Of a DNA stretch of 64,000 nt, positions 8,109 through 21,127 are shown piece after piece (position 1 is the stretch's first letter; every line of letters begins with the position of its first letter). The translations under genes were made by a program, and so were the position numbers. The stretch is taken from the NCBI GenBank assembly GCA_965223005.1, contig CBDCVK010000010.1, forward strand, positions 1,024,001 through 1,088,000, in the 5' to 3' direction. The DNA comes from Terriglobia bacterium (GTDB lineage: Bacteria; Acidobacteriota; Terriglobia; JAJPHL01; JAPKYU01). A model generated the notes under the pieces. The model did no database searches. It saw only the letters and a program-made list of their open reading frames with translations, and was not told the DNA's origin.

Positions 8109-9458
8109 ATGTATCTTCTCTACAGTTTCCTGCTGGCCCTGGCTGCCCTGGTGATGTTCCCTTACTTTCTGGTGCAGGGCCTGCGCCACGGAAAGTATCT
8201 GGGCAGCCTCCGCGCGCGGCTGGGCTGGGTGCCGGAGACGGCCCGCACCCCAGGAGACGCGCTGTGGCTCCATGCGGTTTCCGTGGGAGAAGTGCTGGCC
8301 TGCCAGAGCCTGCTGGCCGGGCTCAGGCGGCGTTTCCCGCAGCGGCCCCTGCTGGTTTCCACCACCACTGAGACGGGGTTTCGCACGGCGCAGCAGCGAC
8401 GGGAAACTGGGGCGCTTGAAGCCGATGGCATTTTCTACTGCCCCTTCGATTTTCGCTTTTCCGTGCGGCGGGTGCTGCGGCGCGTGCGGCCGGCGTTGCT
8501 CTTGGTGGCGGAAACCGAGTTCTGGCCAAACCTGTTCCGGGAAGCCTCCAGGAGCGGAGCTCGAGTGGTTGTGGTGAATGCGCGGATCTCCGATCACTCA
8601 TTTCCTGGATACCGCCTCTTCCGCCTTTTTGTCCAGAAGGTGTTGAACCAGACGACGCTGCTGCTGGCGCAGTCGGAGGTAGATGCCGAACGCCTGCGGC
8701 AGCTGGGTGCGGATCCGCCGCGCGTCCGGGTTGCCGGAAACTTGAAATTTGATCGGGAAGCTGCCGCTCCGCTGCCGCCTTGGCTGGACCGGCAGCTCAG
8801 CCGCTGGACTGCGCCGGGGGCTCTGGTAGCCGGCAGCACCGCCGTTGGTGAAGAGGAAATTGTTCTGGCGGCGTTCCAGCGACTTCGCGCGCAGCGGCCC
8901 GCGTTGCGCCTTCTGCTGGCCCCGCGTCGCCCGGAGCGGTTCGAGGAGGTGGCGGAGTTGATCGAGGCCCGCGGCTTCCGTTTGGCACGCCGCTCGCGGC
9001 TCACCTCGGCGCCGGCCGCAGAGCCAGACGCGGAGCCAGATGTGGAGATTGACCCGGAGGCAGCCGTGCTGCTTTTGGACAGCGTGGGCGAGTTGGGCGC
9101 CGCCTATCGGTACGCCACCGTCGCGTTTGTGGGCGGCAGTTTGGTGCCCCACGGCGGGCAGAATATCCTGGAAGCGGCGCAGTTTGCCCGTCCGGTGGTA
9201 GTGGGTCCATACATGCAGAATTTCCGGGACATTACGCACGCATTTCGCGCGGCAGGCGCGTTGCGGCAGGTCGCTTCGGGCGCCGAATTGTCCCCCGCAA
9301 TCGAGCAGCTTTTCGCCGATCCCGTTGCCGCGGCGGCGATGGGTCAGGCCGGCCGCCGGTTGCTGGAGGCCAATCGCGGCGCCACCGAACGGGTGCTCGA
9401 GGCTGTGGCCGCGCTGCTGCCAGCGCCGGCTAAGGTGGCCGTGGGGCGGACCTTATGA
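8109..9458 (+). CDS. waaA: 3-deoxy-D-manno-octulosonic acid (Kdo) transferase
   Basis: WLHAVSVGE, ETEFWPN, GNLKFD, APRRPERF, FVGGSL..GGQNILEAA. Confidence 0.95.
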   Translation: MYLLYSFLLALAALVMFPYFLVQGLRHGKYLGSLRARLGWVPETARTPGDALWLHAVSVGEVLACQSLLAGLRRRFPQRPLLVSTTTETGFRTAQQRRETGALEADGIFYCPFDFRFSVRRVLRRVRPALLLVAETEFWPNLFREASRSGARVVVVNARISDHSFPGYRLFRLFVQKVLNQTTLLLAQSEVDAERLRQLGADPPRVRVAGNLKFDREAAAPLPPWLDRQLSRWTAPGALVAGSTAVGEEEIVLAAFQRLRAQRPALRLLLAPRRPERFEEVAELIEARGFRLARRSRLTSAPAAEPDAEPDVEIDPEAAVLLLDSVGELGAAYRYATVAFVGGSLVPHGGQNILEAAQFARPVVVGPYMQNFRDITHAFRAAGALRQVASGAELSPAIEQLFADPVAAAAMGQAGRRLLEANRGATERVLEAVAALLPAPAKVAVGRTL

Positions 9459-9474
9459 GCGTGCTGCTGTGGCT

Positions 9475-10518
9475 ATGAGTGTAGTGCTGTGGCCGGCGGC
9501 ACGTCTGTGGTCGCTCGCCGCGCGCACACGTGTCCGCCTGTACGCTTCGGGCACCTGGCGCCAGCAACGGCTGGACCGCCCGGTAGTCAGCGTCGGCAAC
9601 CTCTCGGCAGGCGGAGCGGGGAAGACCCCGTTCGTCATCTGGCTCTTCTCCGCACTGGTGGAGCGCGGTCTGAGACCGGCGGTGCTGACGCGCGGCTATC
9701 GGCGTCCGGCCGGAGGGGAAACGCTACTGTTCACTCGCGCAGGCCACGGTGCCGCATGGCCGCCGGACGCTGTGAGCGCGGGCGACGAAGTACAGGTGAT
9801 GCTGCGGCATGGGCTGGCACCTGTTGGCGTTGACGGGAACCGCCTCCGGGCCGGACGAGCACTGGAAGCCCAGGGCGCAGTGGACGTACACCTGCTCGAT
9901 GACGGGTTTCAACATCTGGCACTGGGCCGGGACCTAGACATTGTGCTGGTGGACAGCACCCGCCCACCGTGGGAGGATGACCTGCTACCGGCTGGGCGGC
10001 TGCGAGAGTCACCTTCGGCCTTGGGACGTGCTGGAGTTATCGTGTTAACCCGGGTGCAGGATTGGACGGCGAGAGGGCAGCTGGAAACGCGCCTAAGAGG
10101 CGTGGCGCCGCAGGCCGAGATTTACGGGGCGCGCACGCGCCTGACGGCCGACGTTGGCGCAGCCGAGCCTTCGGTTCCAAGCCTCTCATCTGCGTCCTCG
10201 CAGCCTGCTCTGGCGTTTGCGGGTGTAGGCAATCCGAGGGCCTTCTTCGCCGACCTTTGCTTGGCGGGGTTTCGGGTCGTGGGCACGCAGCCGTTTCGCG
10301 ACCACCATCGCTACACGGCGCGCGACCTGCGGCGACTCGAGCAGCGCGCCCGCCAGGTGGGCGCCGAAGCGCTCGTCACCACCGAGAAGGACGCCGCCAA
10401 TCTGTCCGACTCCTGCCGAAACGGGCTGGAGCTGCCACTGCGGGTCGTGGGAATGGAGCTGGAGGTGGAACAGGGGGCCGCGCTGGTAGATCGCGTCGCG
10501 GGGTTGGTGCGTAAATGA
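9475..10518 (+). CDS. lpxK: Tetraacyldisaccharide 4'-kinase
   Basis: VSVGNLSAGGAGKTP, LTRGY, GDE, LDDGFQH, LLPAGRLRE, FRDHH, TTEKD; start at ATG 9475. Confidence 0.95.
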   Translation: MSVVLWPAARLWSLAARTRVRLYASGTWRQQRLDRPVVSVGNLSAGGAGKTPFVIWLFSALVERGLRPAVLTRGYRRPAGGETLLFTRAGHGAAWPPDAVSAGDEVQVMLRHGLAPVGVDGNRLRAGRALEAQGAVDVHLLDDGFQHLALGRDLDIVLVDSTRPPWEDDLLPAGRLRESPSALGRAGVIVLTRVQDWTARGQLETRLRGVAPQAEIYGARTRLTADVGAAEPSVPSLSSASSQPALAFAGVGNPRAFFADLCLAGFRVVGTQPFRDHHRYTARDLRRLEQRARQVGAEALVTTEKDAANLSDSCRNGLELPLRVVGMELEVEQGAALVDRVAGLVRK

Positions 10519-11576
10519 GCCGGCTGGTCGAAGCGCGGAGAATCCTGGTGCGGGCCACCAACTGGGTGGGCGATGCGGTGATGACTCTGCCGGCACTGCG
10601 CGAGCTGCGCCGAGCGTTGCCGGCTGCCCACATCACCCTGCTGGCCCGGCCCTGGGTCAGCACCGTCTTCGAGCGAGAAGCTGTCGCTGACCGCCTGCTG
10701 CTGTATCCCAGCAATGGAAGCATGGGCTGGCGCCAGACCGCCGTCGCGCTGCGCACGGAGCGCTTCGACGCGGCGGTGCTGTTCCAGAACGCTTTCGAAG
10801 CCGCTCTGCTGGCCCGCTGGGCGCGGGTTCCGGTCCGCTGCGGCTACGCCCGCGACGGCCGGTCCTGGCTGCTGACCCACGCGGTCCCGGTCCCGCGCCA
10901 GGACGAGATTCCTGCGCACGAGTGCTACTACTACCTGGAGTTGCTGCGGCGCCTGAACGTGCTGCCGGAACTGCCGCAGGTCTCCCAGATCCTGCTGGCC
11001 CGACTGCCCTCGCGAGAAATTGGCCGCGACAAGCTGGTGAGCTTTGGTCTGCCTGACGCCTTTCGCGGTCCAGTGATCGGGATCAATCCGGGAGCCATGT
11101 TTGGTACGGCGAAGCGTTGGTTCCCGTCGCGGTTCGCCGCGGTGGGACAGGCCCTGGCCGCGCAAGGCGCGGCCGTGGTCCTGTTCGGCGCTGCCTCGGA
11201 ACGCAAGCTGGCTGAGGAAGTGGCCGCCACCGTTGGCCCGGCGGCAGTTTCCACCGCTGGCCGCACGAGCCTGAGCGAATTTCTCGAGCTGGTGGCAGGC
11301 TGCGATCTGTTTCTGACCAACGACACCGGCACCATGCATCTGGCCGCAGCGGCCGGCGTTCCGGTGCTGGCGATCTTCGGAGCCACGGACGAAGTGGCCA
11401 CCGCCCCGCTCGGCCCTTGTGTCCGGATCATCAAGAAGCCAGTGCCGTGCAGCCCCTGCAAGCTGCGCGATTGTCCCATTGACCATCGCTGCATGAGCGG
11501 CGTGGAGACCGAGGAGGTGCTGGCTGCCGCGCAGCAGATGCTGGGAGAACCCAGTCTTCGTCGAGGCCATGCCTAA
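10515..11576 (+). CDS. waaF: LPS heptosyltransferase II
   Basis: NWVGDAVM, INPGA.FGTAKRW, TNDTGTMHLAAA (GT9). Confidence 0.92.
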   Translation: MSRLVEARRILVRATNWVGDAVMTLPALRELRRALPAAHITLLARPWVSTVFEREAVADRLLLYPSNGSMGWRQTAVALRTERFDAAVLFQNAFEAALLARWARVPVRCGYARDGRSWLLTHAVPVPRQDEIPAHECYYYLELLRRLNVLPELPQVSQILLARLPSREIGRDKLVSFGLPDAFRGPVIGINPGAMFGTAKRWFPSRFAAVGQALAAQGAAVVLFGAASERKLAEEVAATVGPAAVSTAGRTSLSEFLELVAGCDLFLTNDTGTMHLAAAAGVPVLAIFGATDEVATAPLGPCVRIIKKPVPCSPCKLRDCPIDHRCMSGVETEEVLAAAQQMLGEPSLRRGHA

Positions 11577-11618
11577 TTCACCCTTGCCTTGTCCGGGTTC
11601 AAAAGGAGCAGCGAACCG

Positions 11619-12710
11619 TTGAGCCAGGAAAAGCCAAGTACGTATCTGGAGATTCTCGAGCGCTTCCCCGCACAGACGGTGTTGGTGGTTGGCGATCTGG
11701 TGGCCGACGAGTTCGTGCTGGGCGAGATTTCCCGGGTTTCGCGGGAAGCCGCAGTGCTCATTTTGAAGCACCGGCAGACGCAGATTCTGCCTGGTGGCGG
11801 CGCCAACGCGGCGTATAACCTGGCCGATCTCGGGGCCAAGGTGATTCCAGTGGGGGTGGTTGGCGACGACGACGCCGGGCGGGCGTTGCTGGAGTGTTTT
11901 CGCAAGCGCCGCGTGGAAACACGCGGCGTCGTGGTGGCGCGCGAATTGACCACCACCACCAAGAGCCGCGTTCTAGCTGGTACAGTGCACGGCAGCCGCC
12001 AGCAGGTAGTGAGGATTGACCGCGAGCCCGCGCAGCCGGCCTCCCCGGCCCGGCGGGCGGAGGTCCAGCGGCGCGCACTGCGCCTGGGGCGCCGGGCAGA
12101 CGCCGCTCTGGTCTCCGACTACGGCTACGGCGCCACCTCTCCGGAACTGGCCGGTGCGCTGGGCGCTGCCCTCAATGGCCGTCCGGTGACGATTGATTCG
12201 CGCTTCGACCTGCTGAAGTACGCCGGAGCCACCGCGGCCACGCCGAATGAGCCGGAACTGGAAGAGGCGTTTCACGCGCGCATCGGCGCCGACACGCACA
12301 AGCTGGAGCACACGGCGCGAAGCGTGCTGCGCCGGATGCGGCTCGAGGCCCTGCTGGTTACTCGCGGGCGGCACGGAATGGTGCTGTTTGAGCCGCGCCG
12401 CCGCCCGGTGTACATCCCCGTCTGGGGCTCTGATGAGGTTGCGGACGTGACCGGGGCCGGCGACACGGTGATTGCCACCTTCACCCTGGCCCTGGCCGCC
12501 GGCGCCAGCTTTGAGCAGGCGGCGCGGCTGGCGAACTTTGCGGGCGGCATTGTGGTCATGAAGCGCGGCACGGCCACCGCAACCTTGGAGGAACTTCGAG
12601 AGGCAGTCACGAGCAGGGAAGCGCTCGGCCCGGCAGTGCCGGACAGGGGCCGGACAGGGGCCGGGCAAGGGCGGGGCAAGGGCCGGGCAAGGGGAGATGA
12701 ACACAGCTGA
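11619..12710 (+). CDS. hldA: Heptose-7-phosphate kinase (HldA / RfaE domain I, PfkB family)
   Basis: VVGDLVADEF, RVSREA, GGGANAA, SDYGYG, TPN, DVTGAGDTV; TTG start after AAGGAG. Confidence 0.88.
   Translation: MSQEKPSTYLEILERFPAQTVLVVGDLVADEFVLGEISRVSREAAVLILKHRQTQILPGGGANAAYNLADLGAKVIPVGVVGDDDAGRALLECFRKRRVETRGVVVARELTTTTKSRVLAGTVHGSRQQVVRIDREPAQPASPARRAEVQRRALRLGRRADAALVSDYGYGATSPELAGALGAALNGRPVTIDSRFDLLKYAGATAATPNEPELEEAFHARIGADTHKLEHTARSVLRRMRLEALLVTRGRHGMVLFEPRRRPVYIPVWGSDEVADVTGAGDTVIATFTLALAAGASFEQAARLANFAGGIVVMKRGTATATLEELREAVTSREALGPAVPDRGRTGAGQGRGKGRARGDEHS
12638..12692. repeat. Five 11-bp tandem units (gccggacaggg x2, gccgggcaagg-like x3)
   Basis: Seen directly in the 3' end of hldA just before the hldC start. 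Confidence 0.92.
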
Positions 12711-13191
12711 CAAATTCGTGGGCCGCGTGCGAGCGCGCGAGCTTGCGGACCAGGCGCGGGGCGACGGGCGCCGCCTGGTGCTGGCCAACGGCTGCTTTGA
12801 CCTGCTGCACGCGGGCCATGTGCGTTACCTGCAGGGCGCGCGAGCCTGCGGCGACCTGCTGGTAGTGGGCATTAACTCCGACCGAAGCGTGCGCGCTCTG
12901 AAGGGCGACGGGCGCCCGCTGATGGACCAGCAAGCGCGCGCTCGCATGGTGGCCGCCCTGTCGGCGGTGGACTGGGTCGTCATCTTCGACGAGCCAGACG
13001 TGACCGCGCTGCTGAGGGAACTGCGCCCGCAGGTCCACGCCAAAGGCACCGACTACACCTCCGAGACCGTGCCCGAGCGGGAGACGATGCGCGCTCTGGG
13101 CGGCGAGGTCGCCATTGTCGGCGACGCCAAGCACCACTCGACCCGCGACCTGATCAGCCGCATCGTGAAGGCGCAAGACAGTACGCAGTAG
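12697..13191 (+). CDS. hldC: Heptose-1-phosphate adenylyltransferase (HldC / RfaE domain II)
   Basis: ANGCFDLLHAGHVRYL, GINSDRSV..LKG, KGTDY, HSTRDLI. Confidence 0.92.
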   Translation: MNTADKFVGRVRARELADQARGDGRRLVLANGCFDLLHAGHVRYLQGARACGDLLVVGINSDRSVRALKGDGRPLMDQQARARMVAALSAVDWVVIFDEPDVTALLRELRPQVHAKGTDYTSETVPERETMRALGGEVAIVGDAKHHSTRDLISRIVKAQDSTQ

Positions 13192-13263
13192 GCGGTAGGC
13201 AGGTGGGAGGCTAACTGTGCGGCTGGTACCTGAAACCTGGAACCTGACACCTGGCTTGGTTCG

Positions 13264-14316
13264 ATGCAAAGGATCTTGATTCTGCGCCTGGGCTCGATGG
13301 GCGACATTATTCACACGCTGCCGGCAGTGGCCACGCTGAAGCGCGGCTTCCCCGATGCGGAGATTGATTGGGTGGTGGAAGGGCACTGGGCGCCGCTGCT
13401 TGAGCGCAATCCGTATCTGGCCCAACTGCACCGGCTGGAAACACGCTCCTGGAGGCGGCGGCTGGCCGCAGCCGGCACTTGGCGCGCCTTGCTGGGGAGC
13501 GTCAGCCGGCTCCGGCGCCGGGGCTACGATTGCGCGCTGGACTTTCAGGGCCTTGTCAAGTCGGCCGTAGTGGGGCGCCTGAGCGGCGCGGTGTCGGTGG
13601 TGGGGTTCGGCCGTGCTGAATTGCGCGAACGGGCCGCCGCCCTGTTCTACACAGCGCAGGCGAGTCCCCCCGCAGACGGGCGTGCTGCCCACGTGGTGGA
13701 GCGGAACCTGGCGCTGGCTGCCGCGGTGGGAGCCAAAGAACCGGTGATGGAGTTTTGCTGTACGCCCGCCCCGGAAGCCGTGGCAAGCATGCGGGCGGCG
13801 ACGGCCGGCTCCGCCGGCCTGCCCAGCCTATCCCACGTGCCACGCTACGCGATCGTGAGCCCTTCGGCCGGTTGGGCCGCCAAGCGCTGGCCGGAGGAAG
13901 CCTATGCAGGCCTGGTGTTACGCCTCCGCCGGGAGCTGAGCTTGCGGGTAGTGATTCATTGTGGCCCCGGCGACGAGCTGATCGCCGAACGAGTGGCGGA
14001 ACTTGCCGCCGACGCCCGACCCCTGCTGCTGCGCCCTTCGCTGGGCGAATTGATGGCTTTGGTGCGCGAGGCGGCGCTGCTGGTGGCGGGCGACACCGGT
14101 CCGTTGCATCTGGCCGCTGCCTGCGGCACGCCAGTGGTGGCGGTCTTCGGCCCCACTGACCCGGCGCGCAACGGCCCCTTTTCTACAGCCAGCCGCGTGG
14201 TCCGGGCCGAGGACGCGTCGACCACCTACTCGCGGGCCGCCGACCGGCAAGCCATTCGCAGTGTCACGGTCGAGCAGGTGTTTCGTGCCGCGGACGAGCT
14301 GCTGCAGGCCCGATGA
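13264..14316 (+). CDS. waaC: LPS heptosyltransferase I (GT9)
   Basis: LGSMGDIIHTLP, DFQGLVKSA, KRWP, GDTGPLHLAAA, FGPTDP. Confidence 0.88.
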   Translation: MQRILILRLGSMGDIIHTLPAVATLKRGFPDAEIDWVVEGHWAPLLERNPYLAQLHRLETRSWRRRLAAAGTWRALLGSVSRLRRRGYDCALDFQGLVKSAVVGRLSGAVSVVGFGRAELRERAAALFYTAQASPPADGRAAHVVERNLALAAAVGAKEPVMEFCCTPAPEAVASMRAATAGSAGLPSLSHVPRYAIVSPSAGWAAKRWPEEAYAGLVLRLRRELSLRVVIHCGPGDELIAERVAELAADARPLLLRPSLGELMALVREAALLVAGDTGPLHLAAACGTPVVAVFGPTDPARNGPFSTASRVVRAEDASTTYSRAADRQAIRSVTVEQVFRAADELLQAR

Positions 14317-14858
14317 GTTGGAAGCGCTACGCCGAATTGGCTGCCCGCATCCGTGTCCCCTGCGGATTCCTGCTGGTGGCCGTCTATGCGTTCTTTACGC
14401 AGCCCAGTCCAAAACTGCTGACTCTAGGCGCGGCCGTGGCGCTGGCGGGGATTGCTCTGCGGGCGTACGCTGCCGGGCACCTGGAGAAGAATCTTCGGCT
14501 GGCAACTTCGGGACCCTATGCCTACTCACGCAACCCCCTCTACCTGGGCTCCGCTCTCGTGGCGCTGGGGTTCGCCCTGGCCGGAGGAGTCTGGTGGTTG
14601 GGACTGTTGTTGACGTTGTTCCTGGTGACGCTGTACCTGCCAGTGGTGAGCGAAGAAGAAGCGCATTTGGCCAAGCTGTTTCCCGAGTTCCGTGAGTACG
14701 CAGCGGCAGTGCCGCGATTCTGGCCCAGGCGGCCTGTCCGGGTCGAAAGGTCCGCCTCAAGCAGCTTCCGCTGGGCCTTGTATTCGAAGAACCAGGAGTA
14801 CAATGCGTTGCTGGGCTATCTGCTTGGCATTGCGTTGCTGCTTTGGAAGCTGCTCTAG
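14313..14858 (+). CDS. ICMT/PEMT-family membrane methyltransferase-like protein
   Basis: LATSGPYAYSRNPLYLG, EEAHL..F..Y...VPRF. Confidence 0.85.
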   Translation: MSWKRYAELAARIRVPCGFLLVAVYAFFTQPSPKLLTLGAAVALAGIALRAYAAGHLEKNLRLATSGPYAYSRNPLYLGSALVALGFALAGGVWWLGLLLTLFLVTLYLPVVSEEEAHLAKLFPEFREYAAAVPRFWPRRPVRVERSASSSFRWALYSKNQEYNALLGYLLGIALLLWKLL

Positions 14859-14909
14859 TCGCCTGACTGGCTCATTCCGCTGTGCTGCCATGGTGCAGCC
14901 GCGGCACTT

Positions 14910-15722
14910 GTGGCAAAGGCTCACTCGATGACCCACGGCAACTGGGCGAAACTCGTTGGAGCGACACTTGCAGCAGCGCTACTGGGGGCGCTTGCGGCCT
15001 GGCCTCAGGCCTCCGGCCTTACCTCCGACACTACCGTTCCGTTCCCTTCGGGGGAGGTCCTGCGATACCGCATTTCGTGGCGGTTGTCCCCAGCTGGGGA
15101 AGGTCGCATCCAGGTTGAGGGCCATAGCCCAACCGACGGGCTACCTTACTGGGAAGCCACGGTCAAAGCCGCCTCCAATGGCTTTGTCTCCAAGTTGTTC
15201 CCGGTCAACGACACGTTGATTTCCCGCTTTGATAACGGGGCGATGTGTTCTCAATTCCTCCTCAAGACCCTGCACGAAGGCCGCCGGCACCGCTCCATCC
15301 GCATTGACTTCCAAAAGGAGCGCCAGATGGCAGTGCTGGAGGAAACCGACCCGAACCACGGCCGCCTGGTTCGTCAGGCCGAGAACTCCATCCCCAAATG
15401 CGCTTACGACCTAGTCTCCGCACTGTTCTACGTGCGTTCGCTGCCGCTGGTGGTCGGCCGGACCTTCCAGGTACCCGTCAACGATGGGTCTAAGACCCTG
15501 CCCATCCAGGTGGAAGTACAGGCCGAGGAAGAAGTGAGGACCGGCGCGGGGGACTTTCCCGCCATCCGTGTCGAACCCACAATTGTGGGTGGATACTTGT
15601 TCCAAGGAAGAGGCCGCTTGCACATCTGGTTCAGTGACGATCCCCAACGCCTCCCAGTTCAGATACGGGCCCGCTTATGGGTGGGCACCATCACCGCTGT
15701 CCTGGAAGAAATCGAACGCTAG
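14910..15722 (+). CDS. DUF3108-like exported protein
   Basis: GEVLRYRISW, DLVSALFYVR, GAGDF, IWFSDD..RLPVQI. Confidence 0.75.
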   Translation: MAKAHSMTHGNWAKLVGATLAAALLGALAAWPQASGLTSDTTVPFPSGEVLRYRISWRLSPAGEGRIQVEGHSPTDGLPYWEATVKAASNGFVSKLFPVNDTLISRFDNGAMCSQFLLKTLHEGRRHRSIRIDFQKERQMAVLEETDPNHGRLVRQAENSIPKCAYDLVSALFYVRSLPLVVGRTFQVPVNDGSKTLPIQVEVQAEEEVRTGAGDFPAIRVEPTIVGGYLFQGRGRLHIWFSDDPQRLPVQIRARLWVGTITAVLEEIER

Positions 15723-15869
15723 AAGATCGTCCCATTGCCGGGGGAGTTGGCCTATGTTCATTTCGCCCTATGGCCGAGTTCGTCCAAAACATGACTGGTC
15801 GGATGTATACTTGCGGCCACCAGAAGCCGAAAACGGAAATCCTGGCTTAAGCCCTCAAAGGAGCGAGAC

Positions 15870-16745
15870 ATGCCATTCTGCTCTAACTGTGGTTCGCCGA
15901 TGGAAGGAAACTTCTGCGCCAAGTGCGGGACGCGCACGGGGTCGACCGCCACGGCGGGCAGCCCGCCCCCGGCAGCGACCCCCATGACCACCACGTCCGG
16001 CCCGGGGGCGCCGCAAAAGAAAAAGGGACCTCTGTTCTGGATCCTGGTGGTGGTGGCGGCACTTTTCGTGCTTACCAGCATCGCTGTCATTGGCGGCGGG
16101 TTGTTCGTTGCTCAGAAGATCAAGCAAGCCGGCTTCGATCCGGAGCTGGCAGAGAAGAACCCGGGGCTGGCGGCGGCCAAGATGATCGCCGCAATGAACC
16201 CTAACGTGGAAGTGATCTCTACCGACGAGGACAGCGGCACCGTCACCTTGCGGGATAAGAAAAGCGGCGAGACCGTGACGATGAATTTCGAGGACGTTAA
16301 GAAGGGCAGGATTGTCTTCGAAGGAAAAGGCGGCGAGAAAGTCGAGATCCAAGGGCAAGGCCAGGGCTCCTCCGAGTCGCTTCGTGTAGACTCCGCTGAG
16401 GGCTCCATGGTTTTCGGCGCCGGTGCCGGCAAGCTTCCAGCCTGGTTGGCCGCTTATCCGGGAGCTGAGGCGACCGGTGGCGCGACCATGCAAGGTCCGG
16501 AGGGCGAGGGTGGAACGGCAGGGTTCAAGACCGGCGACTCCCCCGAGCAGGTTGCCGCGTTCTACGAGCAGCAGCTCAAACAAGCCGGGATGAAGACGAC
16601 CAAGAACGTCATGGACCAGGGTGGAGGGGTCAAACTCATCAGTCTGCACGGCGCCGATGACGCCAGAAAGCGAACCGCCACCATCGTGGTTACCGTCACC
16701 GACGAGGGCACGGCCGTCGCTGTGACCCACCAGAGCAAGAAATAG
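15870..16745 (+). CDS. Zinc-ribbon, single-TM hypothetical protein
   Basis: MPFCSNCG...FCAKCG, Pro-rich linker, one TM helix; AAGGAG RBS. Confidence 0.8.
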   Translation: MPFCSNCGSPMEGNFCAKCGTRTGSTATAGSPPPAATPMTTTSGPGAPQKKKGPLFWILVVVAALFVLTSIAVIGGGLFVAQKIKQAGFDPELAEKNPGLAAAKMIAAMNPNVEVISTDEDSGTVTLRDKKSGETVTMNFEDVKKGRIVFEGKGGEKVEIQGQGQGSSESLRVDSAEGSMVFGAGAGKLPAWLAAYPGAEATGGATMQGPEGEGGTAGFKTGDSPEQVAAFYEQQLKQAGMKTTKNVMDQGGGVKLISLHGADDARKRTATIVVTVTDEGTAVAVTHQSKK

Positions 16746-16767
16746 CGCCGCCTCGTCCCTGGAATTC

Positions 16768-17325
16768 TTATTTGAAGGCGTCGCCACGATCGCAAACGGC
16801 CTCGCCTTTGACCGTCACCTGCGCTCGATCTTCTTTGCCTTCACTCTTGTCGTACGCCGTGAACTCGAACCGGACCTTGACCTGGTCGCCGAACTCGAGA
16901 AACTCCGCCTCTCCTTGCGTGTCATGGGAGAAAAGCATTCTCGGTCCGGTAAACGATCCCCCCAGCGTGTTCTTCCTGTTCAGATAGCTAAATTGCACGG
17001 GATACTTGCCCGGCTTGGGGTCAAACTTTCGCGAGAAGAACAGGTTGACGCCGTACGTCCTCTTCAGCCGCTTGACCGCCGCGGGCGAGGAAACCATGTT
17101 CAACGCCCAAATATTGCGCCGGTTCTTGATCAGAGTAGCCGTTGCGTCATCCACAGCCACAGTCACGTCGCCTGCGACCTCGAAGTACGTGGATGATCGC
17201 TGGGCGGGCGGCGGGGAGCTGGCGCTCGCGGACGGGCGCGCGTATTGCGAGCCCTGCGGCGAGCCGTCGGATTGACAGCCAATAAAGAGCCCGAACAGCA
17301 CGAAGACGAGAAAGGACTTGCGCAT
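16768..17325 (-). CDS. Hypothetical lipoprotein
   Basis: Lipobox-like FIGC after hydrophobic N-terminus; GGAGG RBS. Confidence 0.7.
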   Translation of the reverse strand: MRKSFLVFVLFGLFIGCQSDGSPQGSQYARPSASASSPPPAQRSSTYFEVAGDVTVAVDDATATLIKNRRNIWALNMVSSPAAVKRLKRTYGVNLFFSRKFDPKPGKYPVQFSYLNRKNTLGGSFTGPRMLFSHDTQGEAEFLEFGDQVKVRFEFTAYDKSEGKEDRAQVTVKGEAVCDRGDAFK

Positions 17326-17558
17326 CTGAGGCCTCCGACCAGGAGGCTACCGGAGCCTGGCTCGTGGGTCAATCCAAAGCAGCCTGCGGGCTGTCGCTCA
17401 GCCAGGTCAGGCAGAGCGTGCGAGCAGGCGTTTGCCAGGACTTACATGGACGTCGCTGGTCCCTCCCGCGTCCAACGCGAAAAGCTTTCAGCAAGCAAGG
17501 CAAGCCAACTACGACACCGTGGCGAAATGCACGTTACACTTGGGCGCCGGAGGCAAAG

Positions 17559-17882
17559 ATGAGTCAACAACGAACCGTGATGCAGGAGATTGCTCCACGC
17601 CTGGCGGAGCTGAGCACCCAGGTATTGTTCGGCGACATTTGGGAACGTCCGGGCCTGTCCAAGCGCGAGCGCAGCCTGATTACCGTGGCGGCGCTAACGG
17701 CCCTTTACCGCACCGATCAACTGCGCAGCCATGTCCGGAGGGCTCTGGCAAATGGGGTCACGAAAGAAGAGATCGGCGAGGTCATCACCCACATGGCTTT
17801 CTACGGAGGGTGGCCCACAGCGGCCAATGCGGTTCAGGTGGCCAAGCAGGTGTTCGACGAGGCCGGACCGGGCAATCCCTGA
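17559..17882 (+). CDS. Carboxymuconolactone decarboxylase family protein
   Basis: LFGDIWERPGLSKRERSLITVAAL, EVITHMAFYGGWP; ATG 17559 after GGAGG. Confidence 0.9.
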   Translation: MSQQRTVMQEIAPRLAELSTQVLFGDIWERPGLSKRERSLITVAALTALYRTDQLRSHVRRALANGVTKEEIGEVITHMAFYGGWPTAANAVQVAKQVFDEAGPGNP

Positions 17883-18238
17883 CGGCCCGTTACTGCCACC
17901 GCGCAGGGCAGGCGTCAATCTCCCGATGCCGCGCGTGGGGAAGGGTCTTCCCGCCTTCGTGGCCGGAACCTCGCGGGGTAGTCGGCTGCCGAGTGCAGGC
18001 GGCGCTTCGCGCCCCTTGCACATGATTGCCTGCGCCGCTCGGCCTCGCCCCCGAGCCTCAGCACAATACGTTTCCGACCCGTGCGGTGGTCCCTCCGGCC
18101 GAATCCATATGTTCAACGCCACCCCTTCGCCCATGACCACCTACGAAAGCTGACTGTAGCAAAGCAGCTTCCGTTGCTCCATCCACGCCGGCGGCGAAAA
18201 GCGTCGCGCGGCCTGCCGTGATAAAATAGAAAGAAGAG

Positions 18239-21127
<2,889 letters not shown>

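Noticed and set aside
17883-18238. ncRNA or small gene in the 350-bp gap before secA
   Set aside because: Only short GC hairpins and motif-less ORFs; nothing supportable without a covariance search.
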